Assembly (NCBI GenBank): GCA_951406725.2
Contig: OX597818.1
Coordinates: 92,690,001-92,754,000 of the forward strand
Reading direction: 5' to 3'
Length of the DNA: 64,000 nt
DNA from: Octopus vulgaris
Taxonomy: Eukaryota
A program made the translations under genes and the position numbers. Shown here piece after piece: positions 1 to 11,589 of this stretch. Within the stretch, counting starts at the first letter, position 1. Each line of letters starts with the position of its first letter. The notes beneath the pieces were generated by a model. The model made no database searches, had not been told where the DNA came from, and was given only the letters and a program-made list of their open reading frames with translations.

Positions 1-448
1 CCAGTGCCGGTGGCATGTCGAAACTCTACTTGTGAAGACCCGTTGAGGCAAGTGAGTATCAGAATGGAAATCGATCAATGGAAATTGCAGATGTGTTACC
101 AGTGCCGGTGGCATGTAAGAGAACCTTCCGTTTCGCGACCGTTGCCAGCACTGCCCCGTTTCGTGTCCGTTGCCAGCCTCGCCTGGCCCTTATGCCGGTG
201 GCACATAAAAAGCACCATCCGTTCGTGGCCGTTTGCCAGCTCTGTCTGGCACCTGTGCGGGTGGCACGTAAAAAGCACCCACTACACTCACGGAGTGGTT
301 GGCGTTAGGAAGGGCATCCAGCCGTAGAAACACTGCCAGATTTGACTGGGCCTGATGAAGCCTTCTGGCTTCACAGACCCCAGTAGAACCGTCCAACCCA
401 TGCTAGCATGGAAAACGGACGCTAAACGACGATGATGATGATGATGAT
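1..448 (+). mobile_element. 5'-truncated 3' UTR of an RTE-type LINE, with internal subrepeats and (GAT)n tail
   Basis: The block gtggttggcgttaggaagggcatccag...ccaacccatgctagcatggaaaacggacg-(gat)n also follows the RT-bearing RTE copies at 17300-17650 and 20330-20600. Further copies at about 4352-4510, 11932-12213, 27290-27360, 35405-35775 and 59540-59685. Confidence 0.75.
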
Positions 449-687
449 ATATATATATAACCACTTAAAAGTGGATGCTGTGTTAGGACACAAAATACTG
501 CAATAGTTAACACGAGAGAACCTCTCATATGGACTTTTGGTGCATATAAGCCCTCTTGTTTATATTGCTAGCAGAAGATAAATCAACCACCATCGCCGCT
601 GCCAGGACAACCAGATCCCATGATTTCAGCTCTTCTTGGCCTTGTCAAATTGAGTGTCTTAATCATTAGTAGAATGTTTCAGATTTG

Positions 688-1208
688 AATGTTAGCAGAA
701 AGGAGATACCCCACATACCCTCCATCAGGCATTTGCTATATTCTGAATGCCTTACTTCCCTGGGCATGGATACATTGAAACTCTGACATCTGGCAGCTGA
801 CTTGGCAGACACCCATAAAATTATTAACCATCTTGCAAACAATAACTCTGAGCACCTTTTCAAACTCCACCTGTTTAACACCCGTGGACATGTTTACGAA
901 GTCAGAAAACAGCACAGCTCCCATGACTTTCGGAAACGTTTTTTCATGCTAAGAGTTGCTGAAGCATGGAACAAACTGCCGGTGTCAGTTGTTAGTTGTC
1001 GGAGCACTGCATCCTTCAAAACTTCCATGCTTCCTGAGATTTGCCAACACTACATCTGATTTTCTCCCCTCCATACACAAGCAAGCATGTATCTGACTCA
1101 TACACTGTTCACTTCCCAGACATTTGTACATTACTGAATATGCTTTATACAGACTTTTGACAAGTTGTGGTGCACCTGAGCACTGTATACAATAATTTCA
1201 TTATCATT
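688..1208 (+). mobile_element. CR1/L2-like LINE 3' fragment (ORF2 C-terminus and 3' UTR)
   Basis: ORF 802-1059 contains NTRGH...RKRFFMLRVAEAWNKLPVSVV...SFK, typical of CR1-clade ORF2 ends. A very similar inverted copy lies at about 59780-60255. Confidence 0.8.
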
Positions 1209-1276
1209 AAAACTCAATAACCTGACAGTAGTTCATGAGGGAGAATCAACGCACAAATTTTTTGTCTTCTTTCCAG

Positions 1277-1381
1277 GTATCTTCATCAAGCCATTCTCTT
1301 GTAGTAACAACCTCTGTCTCAGACACCATGTTTCCTGTCAAGTATCGACCAGGATTCTACTGTTGGCCAACTTTCAAGCAA
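1277..1381 (+). CDS. Internal coding exon of putative ITIH-like gene: xIFIKPFSCSNNLCLRHHVSCQVSTRILLLANFQA
   Basis: Pyrimidine tract plus ttccag acceptor (AG 1275-1276) and A|gtaagt donor at 1382. 105 nt, phase 1-1, open, and joins 5682 in frame. FI..P...N.C....IL.L resembles the start of the ITI heavy chain C-terminal domain. Confidence 0.7.
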
Positions 1382-1452
1382 GTAAGTCGTAGACTTTGGC
1401 ATTCATTATTATTTAGTAGTCTATTGCAGCACTGCAGTTGTTGTGGCTGCTG

Positions 1453-1513
1453 TCTTCTTCTTCTTCTTCTCCTTCTTCTTCTTCTTCTTCTTCTTCTTCT
1501 TCTTCTTCTTCTT

Positions 1514-1544
<31 letters not shown>

Positions 1545-1634
1545 TTCTTCTTCTTCTTCTTCTTCTTCTTCTTCTTCTTCTTCTTCTTCTTCTTCTTCTT
1601 CTTCTTCTTCTTCTTCTTCTTCTTCTTCTTCTTC
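1453..1634. repeat. (CTT)n microsatellite, about 60 units
   Basis: Directly visible; source of the poly-L/S/F/K ORFs. Confidence 0.98.
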
Positions 1635-2379
1635 CAATCAGGACTCACGCCATTAGCCACAAAGAATAATCTCAAATTCGAGCCTACTCTAAGCTACTGA
1701 GAATACGTGTGGCAACTTGAAGATCCACCCACCACACGCGATAGACTGGCGGTTGCACAGGCACGAAAGCTACGTTGTTATCCTCATTCCATAAACGGTG
1801 GCTTTTAACGGGTGGAAAGCTGAACCATCCTGGGATACAGATGATTTGCAATCTAGCCTAAGGTCTGAAAGTTTACCACACCATTGTGGGTTACACCATG
1901 GTTCCTCTGCTTTGTGGCAGAAGTAGGAAGAAAGAATGAGAGAAAGTTGTGATGAAAGAATTGGAAAGTTTCATTAATATTAGGACCATAAACTAAGAAG
2001 TTCCTTTATAGGGTTTGAAAAGAAAAACTATATAAAAAGATCTTAGATAATGTTAAGAAGACTAAATATATATCTATAATCTTAGATAATCTTGAAAAGA
2101 CTAAATTGAATAGAAAAGACTAAATGTAACATGAACTGATACTTGTGTTTATAGGATTGTGTTAGTGTCTGTACAAATGTTCAATTATTGTAACTAGATG
2201 TATAAAGTATTTGACGTCCCTTTAAGAAACTACCAGTAATGCTAGATTAACATTGTCTTTGGAATATCTGACAAAATCAATGTAAAAACTAAGAATCTTA
2301 CTTTTTTTAATTAATAAAAGATCATAATTAATTACTAGAATGTAGATTTTAATATCCTACATAAATAACGATAAACATC

Positions 2380-2682
2380 ACCCTTTTCAAGTCTAGCCAG
2401 GCTCATGGGCCCAGGTTCCCGGTTTCTGTGGCGTATGTGTTCCCCCCAGCTGGACTGGACACCAGTCCATCGCAGTGTAACTCAAGAAACAGGAAGAGAG
2501 AGTGAGAGAAAGTTGTGGCGAAAGAGTACAATAGGGGTCACCACCACCCTTTGCTGGAGCCTTGTGGAGCTTTTAGGTGTTTTTGCTCAATAAACGCTCA
2601 CAATGCCTGGTCTGGGAATCGAAACCACGATCCTCCAACCGCGAGTCCGCTGCCCTAACCACTGGGCCATTGCGACTCCACT
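2380..2682 (-). mobile_element. tRNA-derived SINE, family D (head gtggaggcgcaatggcccagtggttagggcagcggact)
   Basis: A/B-box-like head on the minus strand. Related copies at 3553-3851, 7563-7803 (TSD tatgtcagga at 7553-7562 and 7804-7813), 24857-25150, 40850-41140 and 49650-49960 (+). Confidence 0.85.
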
Positions 2683-3359
2683 AATAAATGCACCCTTTTA
2701 AAGCCTAGCCAGGCTCATGGCTGTCCAGCTGGAGAACACATATGCCATAGAAACTGGGAAACTGTCTTGGCATTGTCATGCTACACTTGCTTTCATTAAG
2801 TTCAACTGATTTAGTTTTTACCTCCTATGACTTCCTTTGACCTCCATTGCTTCTCTTTTTATATGACATTTTAATTTACTATTTTTTGCTTTCCAAATGT
2901 CAGTAAATTTTGCTCATTACTCAAATGTACTTCCTCCTAGAGTAATATTATTCAGTTTAGCTGCATTTTCTAGTAAAACCTTAAACTTCCTCTTAATTGT
3001 TTGCCTCTCATGATTCGACTCTTCGTATACATATTTATGATAATTGGTTATTCCAACCAGCATTTTAAATTAATTATGACCCTTCTTAAAAACTTACTGA
3101 CTTATAAATTTACGAATTTTACACTACCTTTGCTTAACAAGGTGGAGGCGTGCGGCTTACTGGTTAGTGTGTCAGCATCATGATCATAAGATTGTGGTTT
3201 CGATTCCTGGACCAGGCGATGCGTTGCATTCTTGAGCAAAACACTTCATTTCACATTGCCCCAATAGGTTCCCCACTAGAGTCCTAGAGGAGCACCAACT
3301 CCAGTTAGTCCCCGCCTCCCCAATTAGTTACTCTCTGGCAAAAATCAACGGATGCAGGC

Positions 3360-3910
3360 TATGTCCCTGAAAATTTCCTTTCCCAGGTTATTACTCCAGT
3401 TTTCAAGAAAGGCAAAAAGTCACTTGCGATAAACTGCTGACTGAACTCACCTCTCATATCATCAAATTATTTGAGAGAGTGGTGAGATCCTGAGTAACCC
3501 ACTTCTTAGAATCTAACAACCTTATTATTCCCAACCAACATGACTTCCACATGTTTGTTACTTCTCAAGCCATCTCTTGCTCATAAGGGCTGGTTTTCCG
3601 GTTTCCTTGACGTATAGGTTCCCCACCTGGATGGGACACCAGTCCATCGCAGGTGAGCTGCAAGGAGGAAAGAGTGAGAGAAAGTTGTGGCGAAAGAGTC
3701 AGCAGAAGTTTGCCATTACCTTCTGCTGGAGCCACGTGGAATTTAGGTGTTTCACTCATAAACACACGCACATTGCCCTGTCTGAGATTTGAACCTGCGA
3801 TCCCTCGACTGCAAGTCCGCTGCTCTAACCACTAGGCCATGTGCCTCCACAGATTCCACATGCTTAACACAGCTCTTGCATCATTTCAATGATATCTTAA
3901 AGGCCATGGG
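3360..3910 (+). mobile_element. Decayed LINE RT fragment (CR1/Jockey-like) interrupted by a SINE at 3553-3851
   Basis: Translates ITPVFKKGKK...LTSHIIKLFERVV...FLESNNLIIPNQHDF, then CLTQLLHHFNDILK after the SINE, which is flanked by repeated ttccacatg. Confidence 0.75.
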
Positions 3911-4679
3911 ATCTGTGTGTGTGTGCTTATCTCACTGTGAGAGATAAATAACAAGTCAGCAGCTGTCCTGAAAGGTGTGTGAATGGGTGGGTGTGGTTGT
4001 GTTTGTGTGCTTTCATGTGTGGTCAATAGTGAGTCAGTGGCAGCCTTGAAACATATGCAAATGGAATCGGTGGGAGTGGCTACATGTGTGTGTGTGTGTC
4101 TGTGTCTGTGCGTTAGCATGTATGTGTAGATAGTGTTGGAATGTGTCTGTGTCTGTGCATGTGCATATGGATGCATGTGTGTCCCTCTGTCTGTCATTCT
4201 GTATATGTGTGTGCGTGTGTGAGTAGGTGTGTATGTGAAAAAAAAATTTGAAATACTAGTTAAATATAAAAACATGAGAAAACAAAGGATTATAAAAAAT
4301 AAAAGATAAAATTAAAAATAATAAAGCAAATGAAATAAATATTAATATAAATACACTCTCGGAGTGGTTGGCGTTAGGAATGGCATCCAGCTGTAGAAAC
4401 ACTGCCAGATCAGACTGGGCCTGGCGCAGCTTCCTGGCTTCCCAGACCCCAGTTGAACTGTCCAACCCATGCTAGCATGGAAAACGGACGTTAAACGATG
4501 ATGATGATAAATAAATCAATAACAGAAAGTTAATAAAAGAAATAAGATAAAGTGTTGTTTTAAAAAGGGGTGTGGGGAAAGTCACTGAGAGGATGGGGTT
4601 GTGTTCAGTCTGGAAAGAGTTTGAGTATCATCATCATCGTTTAACGTCCGCTTTCCATGCTAGCATGGGTTGGACTAGA

Positions 4680-5319
4680 GTGAAAATGTAGTGCTGTTCA
4701 AGGTGAAGCCTAAAGTTGATGGATCCATGGTGTAGAGCAAGGCCAAAGACTGTATGGTCTGAGATGGAGTGGCTAGCCAAGCAGAAATGACAGGCAACAA
4801 GGGTGTTCTTATATAGATGAATGATCATAGGTGCCCATCTGGTCAATATAAAGTTTATTGCAAAGATTGTAACTAATACAGTAAACAAGGTTTGAAGAAG
4901 TGGAGGAGAAGAAGTTCCTAATGTAGAGGGTGTGCTGTTTGGATCCAGTGAGGTGTTGGTGATGAAAGGACAGGTGTGGCAATGGGGTCTGGAGCAAGGG
5001 AAGGATCCGGGTTATGGAGGAGAGAAGGGAGCTATGGACTAGTAGATCTTGTAGGTTACAAGCATGTTTGAAGGAGGGCAAGGGTGGGTTGGAGAAAATA
5101 TGGAGGGTGATGGGATCTAGCTGGGGACAACAGAAATCCCGCAGGAACTTCTGACAAAGGGCAGGGTGAAAGGGTGGAAAAGGAGGAGAAAGGGGATGCA
5201 GTTAGGGAACTGGAGTGGAGAAGGAGAGAGGTGCAGTGGTGCGATTGATTTGAAGGGCACAGGTAAGAGTAGTTTGGACAAAGGTGGGTGGGTACCCGCA
5301 ACATGTGAAGAAGAGGACC

Positions 5320-5320
<1 letters not shown>
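4680..5320 (-). mobile_element. Decayed Penelope-like element, GIY-YIG region
   Basis: ORF 4809-5081 contains NLQDLLVHSSL...TSSNLVYCISYNLCNKLYIDQMG, matching the PLE pattern NLVYCI.C..C...YIGET. Confidence 0.7.
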
Positions 5321-5589
<269 letters not shown>

Positions 5590-5681
5590 CACTATTATTT
5601 TATGTAGTAATACCTTTATATGTATTAGATAGTACCATTATTAACATCAAATTCATTCAATGGCCCATATTTTCATTGCAG

Positions 5682-5972
5682 ATTTATTTGTTCATGCATT
5701 TGTGAAGAGAAGTGCACAGAGCAACTGCCTGGATACCATCAACCGCGTGATCTTAAAGAGGAAGCGTCGTCTTCTGTTTGAAGTAACTGCCGATAGATTG
5801 GTGAAGAATGGTAAAGAAGTAGACATCTCTAACAGAACTGAAATCAACCTTAATCTCAAGAATTTCCTGTCATTGAAAGTATTCAAGACAAAGAAGGCAG
5901 CATCTTCTGAAACCTTTCTCTCACTTCATTTTACCACTCTGAAGAAGATAACAAGGGCAAGAGGCATTCTGA
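5682..5972 (+). CDS. Internal coding exon of putative ITIH-like gene: LFVHAFVKRS...FEVTADRL...TFLSLHFTTLKKITRARGIL
   Basis: tttcattgcag acceptor and CTGA|gtaagt donor. 291 nt, open, phase 1-1, non-repetitive. FLSLHF...ARGIL resembles FLGIY...AHGLIG of ITIH C-terminal domains. Confidence 0.8.
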
Positions 5973-6101
5973 GTAAGTTATTATGATTTAATGCATTTGG
6001 TGGGTGGTGGTGGTGGTGGTGCTGCTGCTGCTGATGCTACTGCTATTGCTGCTGCTGTTGTTGTTAAGCAACAAGATGGGTAAGGGTGATTAGGTAATGG
6101 T

Positions 6102-6330
6102 CTAGGGCTTAGAGGCAGGAGACCCCAGACCTTGGAAGAAAAAAATCTTTGGTCGTCTTGTTGTAGTCGAGTGCTCTTCGTTGATGTCCGACACCACTAG
6201 GAGGTGGCCCGCGAAGTCGCTGGAAATGTAGATCTCCGGGTTCAAATTCTTGAACGGCTGCTGTTGGTGAGATGGGTGCGGTAGGCATCCAATGTAGCAA
6301 TTTCGTTTGTGGCAAAATGACTTTGACATG
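6102..6330 (-). mobile_element. Possible LINE AP-endonuclease fragment
   Basis: YIGC(L/Y) and HLLVVSDIN resemble APE motifs IGxYRPP and xxxGDFN. Weak match. Confidence 0.3.
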
Positions 6331-6822
6331 AATGGGCTTCAAATTAAAATTTCATTGGGGAAGCTTGTCCAAGATTTTGGTATAGTCCCACATTGAAAAG
6401 ACTGTTCTAATGAAATTTCATCTTAATCATTGTCATCATCATCATTCTCACTCCTACTACCATCATCATCATCATCACTATCATCATTATCATTATCGTA
6501 ATCCCCATCATTATCACCATCACCATCTCCACTATCATCACTACACCAACACCACCACCACTATATTCCAGAAATCCCGGAGTATTATTTCTGAAGTTAT
6601 ATCATTCTAACGTAGATTTTGTTTTTTGAAATTTGAAATTATCAAAATTGGCTGGCCTCAAAATTGTGGCTTTGCACCTAAATTAGAAACAATAATGACA
6701 ATGATAACTGTTTCTGATTTCTGCATGAAAAATTTAGGGGCATCACAACTAATTGGAAAAGCGTTAAAAGACAGCAGAGAGCAGATATATAAGTCATGGG
6801 AAAAAAAAAAAAAAAAAAATAG

Positions 6823-7460
6823 CAGGCACGGGAGTGGCTCTGTGGTAAGAAGTGGCAAGCTGGCAGAAACCTTAGCACGCCAGGCGAAATGCTTTGTGGT
6901 ATTTCATCCGTCGCTGCATTCTGAGTTCAAATTCCGCCGAGGTCGACTTTGCCTTTCATCCTTTTGGGGTCGATAAATTAAGTACCAGTTACGCACTGGG
7001 GTTGATGTAATCGACTTAATCTCTTTGTCTGTCCTTGTTTGTCCCCTCTATGTTTAGCCCCTTGTGGGCAATAAAGAAATAAGAAGCTTGCTTCCCAACC
7101 ACATGGTTCCAGGTTCAGTCCCACTGCGCAGCACCTTGGTCAAGTGTCTTTTACTATAGCCTTGGGCTGACAAAAGCCTTGTGAGTGGATTTAGTAGACA
7201 GAAACTGAAAGAAGCATGTCATGTGTGTGTGTGTGTGTGTGTATTTGTGTTGTCCCCCCACACACACACCATCGCTTGACAACCAATGTTAGTCTGTTTA
7301 CATACCCATAACTTAACGGTTTAGCAAAAGAGAGCAATGGAATAAGTAGTAGGCTTACAAAAAATAAGTCCTGGGGTTGATTTGTTCAACTAAAGGCAGT
7401 GCTCTAGCATGGGCACAGCCAAATGACTGAAACAAGTAAAAGAATAAAAGAATAAAAGAA
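6823..7460 (+). mobile_element. SINE family A interrupted by a SINE family B copy (about 6851-7083)
   Basis: The family A head gagtggctctgtggtaagaag resumes at about 7083 (aagaagcttgcttcccaaccac); the family B body lies between. Confidence 0.85.
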
Positions 7461-7809
7461 TGCAAACTTCATGAGTAACATTCAGAATAAAACACAAAAA
7501 GATAAAAAAGTGGACATTAAAAAAAAATCCTAAAGAGAAAGGGGTGCATAAGTATGTCAGGAGTTGTTTGTTCCTTCATGAGCCAGGCCTGGTTCATAGG
7601 GCCGGTTCCCCGGTTTCCTTGGCATATAGTGAGAGAAAGTTGTGATGAAAGAGTCAGCAGAAGTTCGCCATTACCTTCTGCCAGAGCCGCGTGGAGCTTA
7701 GGTGTTTCACTCATAAAAACACTCATCGCCCGGTCTGAGATTCAAACCCACGATCCCTCGACCGCAAGTCTGCTGCTCTAACCACTAGGCCATGTGCCTC
7801 CACTATGTC

Positions 7810-8250
7810 AGGAATAGTGTTGAAGAATTTTGGAAAGCATGGTATTTTTAAAGGATGCAGTGTCCTGATAATTAACTAGTGATGTGGATAATTTATTCCA
7901 TGTATCAATCCTTATGAGCATGAAAAACTGTTTCTGAAAGTTGTGGGTACTGTGCTGATTTATGATGTTACAAACATATCCACAAGTGGAAGAACCATTA
8001 AATTCAAAAAGGTGGCTAAAATTCTTACTGGAAAGATGGTGGATATAATCTTGTGGGCTTTTACAAAGTCAGCTGTTAGATACCAAAACTTAAGTGTGTC
8101 AATACTCAGAGAAGTAAGATGTTCAAAATTAGGTAAGTGACTGATAGAGGGTATTTGCCTGATTGTATGTTCTGGACAGCTTCTAGCAGATTGATATTCT
8201 GGACAAGATAGGGGTTCCAGACTGGAGATGCACACTGTATGTGGGGACAT
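7810..8250 (-). mobile_element. Older CR1-like LINE 3' fragment
   Basis: Diverged relative of 688-1208 (SPVWNPYL...LLEAVQ; HKII). Confidence 0.65.
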
Positions 8251-8329
8251 ACATATATACATATATATATAGTCATATACATGTGTATAGTCATATATAG
8301 CTTTAAACAAAAAAATAAATAGAAATTTG

Positions 8330-8720
8330 TTACTCACTTTACTTGTTTCAGTCATTTGACTGTGGCCATGCTGGAGAACCACCTTTAGTCAAGGAAATCA
8401 ACCCCAAGACTTATTCTTTGTAAGCCTAGTACTTATTCTATCGGTCTGTTTTGCTGAACCACTAAGTTACGGGTATGTAAACACACCAGCATCGGTTGTC
8501 AAGCGATGTTGGGAGGACAAACACAGACGCACAAACATATACACACACATACATATATATACATATATACGACAGGCTTCTTTCAGTTTCCGTCTACCAA
8601 ATCTACTCACAAGACTTTGGTTGGCCCGAAGCTATAGTAGAAGACACTTGCCCAAGGTACCACACAGTGGGACTAAACTCAGAACCATGTGGTTTGTAAG
8701 CAAGCTACTTACAACACAGA
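8330..8720 (-). mobile_element. tRNA-derived SINE family A (about 400 bp, internal CA/TA microsatellite, gtaaaaga-repeat tail)
   Basis: Most abundant repeat. Other copies at about 13885-14163, 26244-26680, 28193-28725, 28930-29337, 29943-30330, 30652-31075, 34745-35070, 36150-36520, 37630-38020, 39590-39975, 44503-44862, 46710-47010, 58060-58735 and 60943-61165. Confidence 0.9.
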
Positions 8721-8873
8721 CACCCTTACCCCTGTTGAAAAAATTTAATACATTTTTTTTTCTTTTATTTATTTTTCAATTCTTTTCATTCATTGTTTTG
8801 CATCTTATTAAGCAATTAAAAATTGTCATATCTCCTCTCATCTATTCTTTTTTTTTTTCCTCTGCATTATTAG

Positions 8874-8983
8874 AAAAATATATTGCCAAATCTGCCTGTC
8901 CACATGATGTGAAGAATGTTTTACCAAAGTTCAAAGTGAACACCAATAATCCAGAGCTTAAGCAATGTTACTTCACAACTTAA
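8874..8983 (+). CDS. Terminal coding exon of putative ITIH-like gene: KYIAKSACPHDVKNVLPKFKVNTNNPELKQCYFTT*
   Basis: Long T/C tract plus ttag acceptor (AG 8872-8873). Phase 1 matches the 5972 donor. TAA ends at 8983. CYF resembles the CWF motif near ITIH C-termini. Confidence 0.65.
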
Positions 8984-9159
8984 TTACTATTGCTTAGACT
9001 CTCCAAAAATATTTCATCTACATATTTGAGGAACAAATAAGCTTGTGTGCAAAACGTCAACAAAATGGAAAAGACATTTTGTTTTTATTTGTCCTAATTT
9101 TTAAAGTAAGTACTGCCTAGATAATCAAATATCCTCAAATTATTTTCGTAACCTTCATA

Positions 9160-9165
9160 AATAAA
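9160..9165 (+). terminator. Candidate polyadenylation signal AATAAA
   Basis: About 180 nt after the stop, followed by T-rich sequence. The AT-rich context weakens this. Confidence 0.35.
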
Positions 9166-9414
9166 ATACATTAATCCATTCTTGGAGATTCTCTCATTTA
9201 TTCCATTTGTTAACATGCTTCAAACTCATTGTTTTAATCGAATTTGTTATTCTCTTTGCATGAACTAGCTTTACAGATAACGATTCTTCTAACTGTTAAC
9301 CTCATATACCATCATTTATTTTTTTATCTTTTACTTGTTCCACTCATTGGACTGCAGCCACTCTAGGGCACTGCTTTGAAAGGTTAGGTTGAACAAATCA
9401 ACCCCAGTATTTAT

Positions 9415-9584
9415 ACAGCTCTATATTTAAGAGATGAGGAATTATGTACATTATTTACATTCGATGGATATTTGTCCTCATCTTGTTTGTTGTTAACACG
9501 TTTCAGCTGATATACCTTCCGGCCTTCTTCAGGTGTCTTGGGGAAATTTCGAACTTGGGTTCTCATTCTTAAGGTATTCTTCGA

Positions 9585-9618
<34 letters not shown>

Positions 9619-9780
9619 GTTCAGGTCACTACTTGGAATCAAACTTGGAATCTTGGGGTTGGTAGCCTGCACTCTTAACCACTATGCCATATGCCCATAA
9701 TAATAATAACATCGCCATATGCCCATAATAATAATAACATCGAGGAATACCTTAGGAATGAGAATCCAGGTTCGAAATTT
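9415..9780 (-). mobile_element. Non-autonomous Penelope-derived element: tRNA-like head, (AAT)n and hammerhead-like motif, with an inverted partial duplication
   Basis: Collinear with 45460-45670, which abuts a GIY-YIG ORF. Head at 9635-9696, hammerhead-like motif at 9495-9537. 9544-9600 is repeated inverted at about 9726-9780. Confidence 0.75.
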
Positions 9781-11004
9781 AAGAGAGAATATTTTTCTCC
9801 TTGGTAATTGAAATGAATTTGTCTTTAAAATTGAAATATGTTACAAACATATTTTAACTAACCTAAAGATTTATGCCTAAATACTGCTTGGTGCTAATAC
9901 TGCTGAGCCCTAGCTGGTGGGGGTGCTTGCCTCCCCTTCACAAATATAAGGACACAGGAAATGTGTCAAAGCCGACAGGAAGCGTCGATGCTTCCTAGGG
10001 CTGAATAGCAGTGGTGTAATTCCCTTTAAAGGACTGTCATGTTAAGTTGACAGTATACAACCACTGTATATATATATGTATATATATATATATACGTTTA
10101 TATATTTGTTGTATATGTGTATAAATATAAATATATATATATATATATGTGTATAAATATAAAAATATATATATGTGTATAAATATAAATATATATATGT
10201 ATGTGTGTATGTATATTTGAAAAAATGAATAGAGATGGCTTTCGGGGGGATAATTTTTATTTTAATGATAATGTTTACAGTTAAATGAGTTTCGAGCTGT
10301 TTTCAAACTGAAATTCTTTGGTTTAGAAGGTTTTTTATATAGCAAAAGATTTTTTTTCTTACAAGTATATATAATATATAAAAATAGAAAATAAAAGATA
10401 GAAAAAAAATAAAAAATAAAGAATATAAAAAAATAATATAAAAATTAATAAAAGAATACTAAAAGCAAATACAACAGCATGTGTGAAAAAAGAAGAAAGA
10501 AAAGAAGGAAAAAGTAAAAAGGAAGAAAGAAAAGAAAAAGGTGGAAGGTAAGAAGACAAAAAGCGGTTGAAAATGGTAGTGAGAAGAGATTAGTCTGTCA
10601 GGAAAAAAGAAATGAAATATTTTTAGAAGTGGTCAAAAATGTTGTTGAGTTCTTGTCAAAAGATGATCTTTGTGAATCTATTGATTTGAGGTCATTGTAT
10701 TCATTTTTCACAGTTGGTATGGTGTGCCCTTATTTAGTCATATATATACACACACAAACACACACATGCATACATCCACATGCACAGACAGCCACACATG
10801 TACATATGCGTGTTTACATACATACACACACATATGCACACACAAACACACTGACATGCCTGCATCTACGTACACATATATTTGTACATACACACATATA
10901 CACATATATTCGCACATACACATGTCTCCATGTGTATACATATATATAAATATCCATACATACACATGTGCATATATACACATAGATATATAAACACCCA
11001 CACC

Positions 11005-11060
<56 letters not shown>

Positions 11061-11589
11061 TACATACATGTATATGTGTAAACATGCATATCGGTTCACA
11101 CACACACACATAAGAGGGTGTACATCCATACAAACTTATATCTCTATATTTTTATGTAATTATACATACATACCTGCACACACATGTATACATATATACA
11201 CTCACCTACAGATATTTCCACACATATATGCACATGCAAACACAAGATAGTACAAAAAAGAGTGTATACTCATATGAAGTGGATGTAAGTGTCATCAAAA
11301 CACAGGATTAGATCTCTTACTCCCAAGGGTCCCAAATGAATTTAACTTGACGGCAAGAAGTGTAAAAGAAGACAGCGGTGTCAGATTCTCTCATGCATCG
11401 AATGTCAAGTTCTAAGAAAAATTTTTTTAGCAAAGTAAAAAGTGTGGATGTCGTAAAATCAAATGGTGGAGCCCCAGCATGGTCATAGTTCAAACTAGTT
11501 CAATTCAATTCAAACATGTTCAAACTAGTTCAAACTAGTTCAATTCACAGTTCAATTCAATTTGGTTCATATATACTTTTCCTTATTCA

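Noticed and set aside
621-650. Minus-strand ttTGACAA-GGC...GCT-GAAAT resembling a hammerhead core
   Set aside because: Needs several substitutions and has no clear stem I or III.
1235-1700. Poly-Leu/Ser/Phe/Lys ORFs
   Set aside because: Translations of (CTT)n; the supported exon uses another frame.
6410-6610. Poly-His ORF
   Set aside because: Degenerate (CAT/CAC)n repeat with no splice support.
10627-10716. Open 90-nt phase-1 exon candidate (VVKNVVEFLSKDDLCESIDLRSLYSFFTV)
   Set aside because: Purine-rich acceptor region, lies past the inferred stop and poly(A) signal, and sits in probable Penelope-associated low-complexity DNA.
10629-11250. His/Thr/Tyr/Cys-rich ORFs (also 17334-18033 and 42531-43553)
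   Set aside because: Artefacts of CA/TA microsatellites.
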